Assembly (NCBI GenBank): GCA_000146465.1 | Contig: CP001948.1 | Strand: one strand, 5' to 3' | DNA length: 64,000 nucleotides | Shown: positions 58,702 through 64,000 of the stretch, in pieces | Layout of the letters: each line of letters begins with the position of its first letter | Position numbering within the stretch: position 1 is the stretch's first letter | Position numbers and translations under genes: made by a program | Notes under the pieces: generated by a model | What the model was told of the DNA's origin: nothing | The model's input: only the letters and a program-made list of their open reading frames with translations | Database searches by the model: none

Positions 58702-59313
58702 TTAATGATATATCACCATTTCTCTTTCTTTCTCTTTCATTCCACATCTTCTGTAGAACTCAAGATTCTTTAAGTCGCAAACTAGTGCAGTTTTGTAGCA
58801 CCCCATATTTTTGGAAATCTCTATCAGCTTTTCTACTATATCCTTTCCAATCCCTTCTCCTCTGTACTCACTAGAAACAACCACGTCTTCTATGTGACCT
58901 TTGGAAACACATCCTCTGATAAACTTTTTTTCGACAAACAAAGTTCCACTTCCAATAATCTTATCTTTATGTGGATTATATGCAACCACTATCTTATAAC
59001 ATCCGTCTTTGCAAAGTGATAGATACCTTTCCTTAAACTGTTCCTTGGTAACTTTACCAGGAATAGTTAGTTCATTCAGGCATTCAACAAATCCTCTTTC
59101 ATAATCATTTATATCAAGACCTTTCAGTATATAGTTCTCTCTCTTTAAAATCGGAATGTCACACATACTCAAACTTGGGGAGCCTGAAGAGATAACATTT
59201 GAATTGGAATTCCCGAGATCTCCTTTACCAAACAAACTATCTGACAGAACCAGCACAACGATAAGGGTACCGATGCATCCAATGGTACATAAGACTTGAT
59301 CTCTTTTTCTCAT
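58702..59313 (-). CDS. GNA1: Glucosamine-6-phosphate N-acetyltransferase (GNA1, GNAT fold) with an unusual N-terminal hydrophobic anchor
   Basis: KIVVAYNPHKDKIIGSGTLFVEKKFIRGCVSKGHIEDVVVSSEYRGEGIGKDIVEKLIEISKNMGCYKTALVCDLKNLEFYRRCGMK matches GNA1 (GcGsLfiEkKFih.cgkvGHIEDivVd..yRGkglGk.li..L...ak.lGCYKviLdC...N..FYekCGf). ATG at 59313 confirmed. The first 30 aa contain the TM-like CTIGCIGTLIVVLVLS. An alternative internal ATG lies at about 59166. Confidence 0.75.
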   Translation of the reverse strand: MRKRDQVLCTIGCIGTLIVVLVLSDSLFGKGDLGNSNSNVISSGSPSLSMCDIPILKRENYILKGLDINDYERGFVECLNELTIPGKVTKEQFKERYLSLCKDGCYKIVVAYNPHKDKIIGSGTLFVEKKFIRGCVSKGHIEDVVVSSEYRGEGIGKDIVEKLIEISKNMGCYKTALVCDLKNLEFYRRCGMKEKEREMVIYH

Positions 59314-59405
59314 TTTGGGATTATGGGAAATTTACTTCCAAACCTTTATCTTGATTGGACAACATATAGGAGGGTCCATATAAATGCTTCAAAATTTTTA
59401 AGGAC

Positions 59406-59819
59406 ATGAAATTTTTACAACTATTTGTTATGATAGCCACTATACTTCTAATAGTATTGATTATAGTGGCTTCCGAGATGCTTTGGCAGAAGAGAAATGA
59501 CTTGAAGAAGGAAGATTTACAAAAGAACGATGGCAAGAAGATTCCAAAGATCAAAGAGGAAAATGCAGCTAGGGTTATATTTAGGATAATTGCTGGAATA
59601 GCATTGATAAAGATTATAAAGAACTTTTTCTTTCAAAAAAAAGATGGAGAGGGAAAGCCAAAACCACAAGATAAAGGACTTACTCCAAGCGCTCCACCAC
59701 TACCGTACCCCTATTATCCAGGGGAATATTATCATCACACTCTCCAATCCAATTTCCCTCCTTCATCAGACTACCAAGATATCACAAAACATCCATACAT
59801 AAATCCCAGTAGAACATAG
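59406..59819 (+). CDS. Small single-pass membrane protein, hypothetical (K-rich, Pro/Tyr-rich tail)
   Basis: ATG confirmed. TM segment FVMIATILLIVLIIVASEMLW. Confidence 0.4.
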   Translation: MKFLQLFVMIATILLIVLIIVASEMLWQKRNDLKKEDLQKNDGKKIPKIKEENAARVIFRIIAGIALIKIIKNFFFQKKDGEGKPKPQDKGLTPSAPPLPYPYYPGEYYHHTLQSNFPPSSDYQDITKHPYINPSRT

Positions 59820-59928
59820 AAGTAACATTAAGTTGATAAAACACTGTGGTATACTCTCTTTTTAAAATTTTTCTGTTCGTTACAAAAATTTAAAAGAAAA
59901 ATACAAGTACCGCCATACATGAGATACC

Positions 59929-60066
59929 ATGCGGGTTTTACTAGTAATATTGATGTTAGCCACTGCAATTGTCCTCACAGTAACCCTGACAATTATACTG
60001 GAAAATATGGACAGGAAGGGAGATGATGATCCCTCGGATTCATTTGATGGCAATTCTTCGGGCTAG
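59929..60066 (+). CDS. Short unannotated ORF (45 aa) encoding a single-TM peptide paralogous to the N-terminus of the 59406 gene
   Basis: atgcgggttttactagtaatattgatgttagccactgcaattgtcctcacagtaaccctgacaattatactggaaaatatggacaggaag... translates to MRVLLVILMLATAIVLTVTLTIILENMDRKGDDDPSDSFDGNSSG*. Its TM segment resembles VMIATILLIVLIIVASEMLWQKR of the upstream gene. It falls below the ORF-track length cutoff. Confidence 0.3.
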   Translation: MRVLLVILMLATAIVLTVTLTIILENMDRKGDDDPSDSFDGNSSG

Positions 60067-60278
60067 AGTTAAAGACAAGAAGAATTTTAAGGAAGCTAAG
60101 CCGATCTTGCATCAACCAGACTGATAGAGAAGGATAGTTACATTGGAGCTTTACAGTTTTCAAGATTCCAATCCTAATTAATGCAGGGAATAAGAAGACC
60201 AAAAGTTCTAATAATAAATCTATCTCGAAGTTAATTCAAAAGCTTTTCAGAAACACCAAAATAAAATCATAATCCAAG

Positions 60279-60785
60279 CTAGAACAGAATTATCTCGTTT
60301 TTCTTCAGAAGATCCATTACATCATCTAAGGGAGCAACAAAGAAGTCTCCTTTAAACATTTCCACCATTTCCCCATCGATTACTATTCCATGGATATCGG
60401 CACAGCAGTAAAATCCAACAAATTCGTGGGTTTGATAGAACTTTTTCTCTGTAACATATATATCTCTTTTTTTTAACAAAGAAATATATTTCTCGTAAAA
60501 AACGGCCTCTCTCGGAGACAAGAACGATCTGTCTTCATATAGGTTTGTAACCAACTTTTTCAATCTAACTTTCACGTACTCCTTGGCAAAAAACTTTATT
60601 CTCTCCAATTCCAACTCGTATATATTCTTCAGTATCGATTTGTCTAATGATTTCATGCCTTCAGTCCTTCTTGAAACTGCATCGAGGAAGTAGTTCATTA
60701 CCTGGGAAGCATAAGGAAGTAGCCTTTTCGCCGACTTTTCATTCTGGTATGCAAGAATAAGATCATTTAACGTAGGAGAGCGCAT
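60279..60785 (-). CDS. GINS complex subunit (Sld5/GINS4-like)
   Basis: LNDLILAYQNEKSAKRLLPYASQVMNYFLDAV resembles the GINS A-domain motif (L..AW.NEk.APELL.y). The C-terminal B-domain ...FVAPLDDVMDLLKKNEIILF is present. ORF-track 60821 is TTG, and the first ATG is at 60785. Confidence 0.5.
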   Translation of the reverse strand: MRSPTLNDLILAYQNEKSAKRLLPYASQVMNYFLDAVSRRTEGMKSLDKSILKNIYELELERIKFFAKEYVKVRLKKLVTNLYEDRSFLSPREAVFYEKYISLLKKRDIYVTEKKFYQTHEFVGFYCCADIHGIVIDGEMVEMFKGDFFVAPLDDVMDLLKKNEIILF

Positions 60786-60829
60786 GGAAAGGGCTTGGAA
60801 ATCAAAATAGTTTGTCTCCAACCCTCAGA

Positions 60830-61786
60830 ATGATCCTTGTGACACACGATGGAAAATTTCACCTGGATGAGGTGATGGCTACAGCCGTACTGCTTAAGAT
60901 ATATCCGGATTCCGAAATAATCAGGACGAGAAATATGAGCGTTATGCGGAGTGGAGATATAGTTTACGATGTTGGAGGTACATTTAACCCCGAGACCAAT
61001 AGATATGACCATCATCAGGAGTCATTCAATGAAACCTTTAGCTCGAAATATAAGATAAAACTAAGTAGCTCAGGATTAATCTATAAATATTATGGCGAAA
61101 AGCTTCTAGAGAAATACGGAGTTACCAAAACAGATGAGCACTTCCAAAGACTACTAGAAGAGATTTATGCAACTTACTTTTTATCTGCAGATGCAATAGA
61201 CAACGGATACGAAATTTTCGGTGAAATAGTCCCAAGATCCCTCTCACATATTGTTGAATCATTCAATGTCTTGAACTTTTCAGGAGGCTCAAACAACGAG
61301 CAGGACAGAAGATTTCTTGAAGCAGTACGATTCGTTTCCATGGATTTAGATAATTTCATGCATACTATAATCAACGGATGGATGCCAAACTATAAATATC
61401 TGAGTGAGTTAATTAGCAAAGTTGATGGAGACATTCTGTGTGTCGACAGATATTGTTTCATAGACGTAATTCCTGAGATAGAAAGAAAGTACAAAAAAGA
61501 TATCAACTTTGTACTAAAAAAGGGAGAAAGTTCTGTGAGTATACTGGCTGTTCCAAAAAAAAGAAAACATTTCGAGTCGAAAATTCCTTTAAAGAAAGAA
61601 TGGAGGGGCCTTTCTGGAGGAAAACTGGATGCCATCTCTGGAATTGAAGGTTGCAATTTTGTTCATTTGTCTGGATTTGTAGGGTCCAATAAAACTATTG
61701 AAGGCGCCATCGAAATGTGCAAAGAATCTATCAAAGCTTATCTTAAGGAAATCAAAAATGCTGATAATCTGGACAAATATTTATAA
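60830..61786 (+). CDS. MYG1/UPF0160 family metal-dependent hydrolase
   Basis: THDGKFHLDEVMATAVLL...IIRTR.......DIVYDVGGTFNPETNRYDHHQESFNETFSSKYKIKLSSSGLIYKYYGEKLL aligns closely to MYG1 (THdG.FHcDEalA...L......aeIvRTRd......DIVvDVGG.yDp..hRYDHHQrsF.eT......tKLSSAGLiY.hfG). Confidence 0.85.
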   Translation: MILVTHDGKFHLDEVMATAVLLKIYPDSEIIRTRNMSVMRSGDIVYDVGGTFNPETNRYDHHQESFNETFSSKYKIKLSSSGLIYKYYGEKLLEKYGVTKTDEHFQRLLEEIYATYFLSADAIDNGYEIFGEIVPRSLSHIVESFNVLNFSGGSNNEQDRRFLEAVRFVSMDLDNFMHTIINGWMPNYKYLSELISKVDGDILCVDRYCFIDVIPEIERKYKKDINFVLKKGESSVSILAVPKKRKHFESKIPLKKEWRGLSGGKLDAISGIEGCNFVHLSGFVGSNKTIEGAIEMCKESIKAYLKEIKNADNLDKYL

Positions 61787-61887
61787 AAGCTTATGATAAC
61801 TAACATCAAACGATTTAATATAAAAATTGTGGAAATTATAAATTTATAATAAATATATAACAACGTCCTTGTATTTAGAAGCATTAA

Positions 61888-62394
61888 ATGGAAAACTTAA
61901 ACGATGAGGATATCAAACTCAAAAGTTCCCTAGAAAACACATTTAAAGAAATAGATCAATTTTTTAGTGATGCTGGGATTATCTTTTCTAAATCGGAACA
62001 CTTTAATCTTGTGAAAGAAATTAATGCCACAATGAATAGCTTTCTTGGCCCTCGAAAAGAAATTTATAATAGGAACGTTCAAACTAATGCTAAAAACTTT
62101 TTGGAGAGTGCTAAAGAAGTTGCAAAGGCATTTAAAGAAGTTTTCAATTCTTTAAAAAAAGAATCCATCGAAAGTTTCAAAGAGGCTTACAAAAAATATA
62201 ACAGAAAAGTAGAAAATTCTAAAAATATTTATAGTGAATTGGAAAAATGTCTTTCTGAGTATGGAAGTCATACCTCCAGTGCCTGTTCGGGAGTTTCTTC
62301 TAGTATTCCAGGGAAAGAAACTTCATGCAAACATTTAAAATCAGAAAGAGCTAATAGGGCTTTAAGTCAAGCTTTGAGCTTTAAAAAAAAATAA
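61888..62394 (+). CDS. Hypothetical helical/coiled-coil protein. Likely the N-terminal part of a larger gene continuing in ORF 62400..63935
   Basis: ATG start. It ends ...ALSQALSFKKK* inside an A9 homopolymer. Confidence 0.4.
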   Translation: MENLNDEDIKLKSSLENTFKEIDQFFSDAGIIFSKSEHFNLVKEINATMNSFLGPRKEIYNRNVQTNAKNFLESAKEVAKAFKEVFNSLKKESIESFKEAYKKYNRKVENSKNIYSELEKCLSEYGSHTSSACSGVSSSIPGKETSCKHLKSERANRALSQALSFKKK

Positions 62395-62399
62395 TTCCA

Positions 62400-63935
62400 G
62401 TGAACAGGAATTTATTAGAAAAAGTAGAAGGATTAGAAAATTCAATCAATCAATCTATCAAAAATATAGAAAAAAAACTATCCCATATTGAGAGTGTTCG
62501 AAAGTGTCTAGAGAAGGCGAAGAGTGAAAGTTCGAGAGATTTTAACATTTTAGAAATCTTGAAAAATAAGATGTCTGCCTTGGATACAGGTAAAATGGAA
62601 TCCTACCTAAAGTGGAAAAAGGATCAAGTTCAATTATATGATGACATTCTAAAAGAAAATCAAGAGAAAATTGAAGTTTTCTTAAACAACTATAGAGAAT
62701 ATTTGAGACATAAAAAAGAGAAAAGAACTTCTTCTGTTGTCAGGGAGGCTTTTGGAGTAGTAGAAAGCTTTCAGGACGTAAATAGCTCCTACAATAGATT
62801 TCTCTCCCTTCTAAAAGACCATTGGAAGTTTTGGAAAGATATCTTTCGCCATCTAAGAAACAATGATGATGGAAACTGGTTATCAGAAGTAACAGGAAAT
62901 GAAGAAAGAATCTCACCGACAAGCGATATCGAGACTTTTTTAGATACCCCTGTCTCCCAAGACTTGCTTTTTGATCCTCAAAAGTTGGAAGAATTGTTCT
63001 CTGGAGAAGAAAGCCAAGTTCTGGAACCCATCCAATCAGCTATCGAATTTCTTAATCAAATTCAACATTACGATAAAGACACCACAGAGATTCGTGAATA
63101 TGCTCAGTCTATTATTCGTACCGATATCTACAGAGTTTTCGTATTGAAATATTTATTAAGGGAAAGCCCAGTACCGGAATTCTCTTTGGAATCTTCTCAG
63201 CAGGATGCCCTCGTCTCTGAGATCTTAGAAAGTGATTATTTCCTCTTTTTTTGCCTTCTTGTGTGTTCTGGATTGATTGCTCTTCAAAGTATCTTTAGAA
63301 AGACTAGTACATCCAAAGAGACAATGAATGCCTTGGGAAAGATATCATATGCAGTATCTATTCTTGGCCCAATTCTACATGGGATGTGGATACTATCAAA
63401 TGAAAATTATAGTGAAGGGATTATTAAAGTAATAAGCAGTAACTGGAATGTGATTGCAAGTATGGCTCCTATGTTTCTTGTTCTTAGAGATATTAAATAC
63501 ATAAAGAATGGAGAACTAATGACATCAGAAGGGGCAACAGCCATAGGAGGCCATGGCGTAATTGTGGCCATGAGCATGATCATGATGTGTGCACAAACAC
63601 TTGGAAAGAAACATGAGGGAGAATATAGTAGACAAACAATGGTATTTATGGCTGGAAACATCATAATGACAACAATGTATGGTGCGAAGTTATTTGGGCC
63701 ATGGACTAAGAGCAGGAATCATTTTATTATACTCGGATACATTGTGTTTGCACTTATACTTTTCTTAATGGTTATGATGAGTGAAAAGAAAAAGATAAAG
63801 AATCGAACTAATGACAAAACAGAATGGATGGGGGTGCTCCAGTGGATTATAATATGCACGTTTCTTATACTTGGACTACAAAAACCTGAGTTTCACTGTC
63901 TTCAGTATGCTAAAAATGAAATTATAGTTTCATGA
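62400..63935 (+). CDS. Coiled-coil region followed by a 6-TM membrane domain, hypothetical. The ORF-track start is GTG and the first ATG is at 62571. Probably the C-terminal continuation of 61888..62394
   Basis: The reading frame stays open and protein-like (LEKVEGLENSINQSIKNIEKKLSHIESVRKCLEKAKSES) from 62400, immediately after the upstream ORF's stop. The C-terminal half has 6 hydrophobic helices. Confidence 0.4.
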   Translation: MNRNLLEKVEGLENSINQSIKNIEKKLSHIESVRKCLEKAKSESSRDFNILEILKNKMSALDTGKMESYLKWKKDQVQLYDDILKENQEKIEVFLNNYREYLRHKKEKRTSSVVREAFGVVESFQDVNSSYNRFLSLLKDHWKFWKDIFRHLRNNDDGNWLSEVTGNEERISPTSDIETFLDTPVSQDLLFDPQKLEELFSGEESQVLEPIQSAIEFLNQIQHYDKDTTEIREYAQSIIRTDIYRVFVLKYLLRESPVPEFSLESSQQDALVSEILESDYFLFFCLLVCSGLIALQSIFRKTSTSKETMNALGKISYAVSILGPILHGMWILSNENYSEGIIKVISSNWNVIASMAPMFLVLRDIKYIKNGELMTSEGATAIGGHGVIVAMSMIMMCAQTLGKKHEGEYSRQTMVFMAGNIIMTTMYGAKLFGPWTKSRNHFIILGYIVFALILFLMVMMSEKKKIKNRTNDKTEWMGVLQWIIICTFLILGLQKPEFHCLQYAKNEIIVS

Positions 63936-64000
63936 AAGGTACTTTATAAATAGCCATTAAATAAATTTCAAAACCAAATACCATAATATAGACAATAGAA

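Overview
This window is a gene-dense, intron-poor eukaryotic nuclear segment of about 40% GC, with intergenic spacers of 1 to 300 bp and almost no non-coding DNA. I read it as microsporidian-like, on several grounds. Many gene neighbours sit 1 to 50 bp apart. A C-triplet lies just upstream of most ATGs. 5S rRNA and tRNA genes are interspersed among protein genes. The chitin-precursor enzymes GFAT and GNA1 are present. There is a tandem cluster of signal-peptide, repeat-rich proteins resembling polar-tube or spore-wall genes. Two tiny GTAAGT...TTAAT/CTAAT...AG introns occur, together with spliceosome genes. This assignment is an inference, not a database result.

About 55 protein genes are supported. 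They include housekeeping functions: ThrRS, PheRS-alpha, Rpt2, Spt6, Spb1, Dus, Dcp2, Rpb7, RPS2, RPL17, RPL37, Ub-like/L40e, a proteasome beta subunit, eIF5, a V-ATPase c subunit, NAA20, MYG1, Dopey, a P5-type ATPase, Aha1, a RING-box protein, a SNARE, Pop4, GINS Sld5, SF3b4-like and SF3b130/CPSF-A-like genes, a MADS-box factor and a Med15-like KIX protein. RNA genes are tRNA-Arg(TCG), tRNA-Lys(TTT), tRNA-Ala(AGC, with the G3:U70 pair) and a 5S rRNA on the minus strand.

Many ORF-track starts are non-ATG (TTG or GTG), so I moved them to the first in-frame ATG. My hand-derived coordinates can be off by 1 to 2 nt.

The most interesting signals are these. A tandem same-strand trio of secreted, low-complexity proteins at 26.9 to 32.3 kb shares a conserved 50 to 60 aa C-proximal motif, and I propose it as a candidate polar-tube/spore-wall family. 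Two introns restore reading frames: RPL37, whose exon 1 is only the ATG, and a VPS9-domain gene whose two ORFs are joined by a 25-nt intron. The ubiquitin-like moiety fused to L40e is highly divergent and lacks K48 and K63. A signal-peptide protein carries degenerate Hsp70 motifs. Two adjacent ORFs separated by an A9 homopolymer are probably one gene. GNA1 carries an N-terminal membrane anchor.
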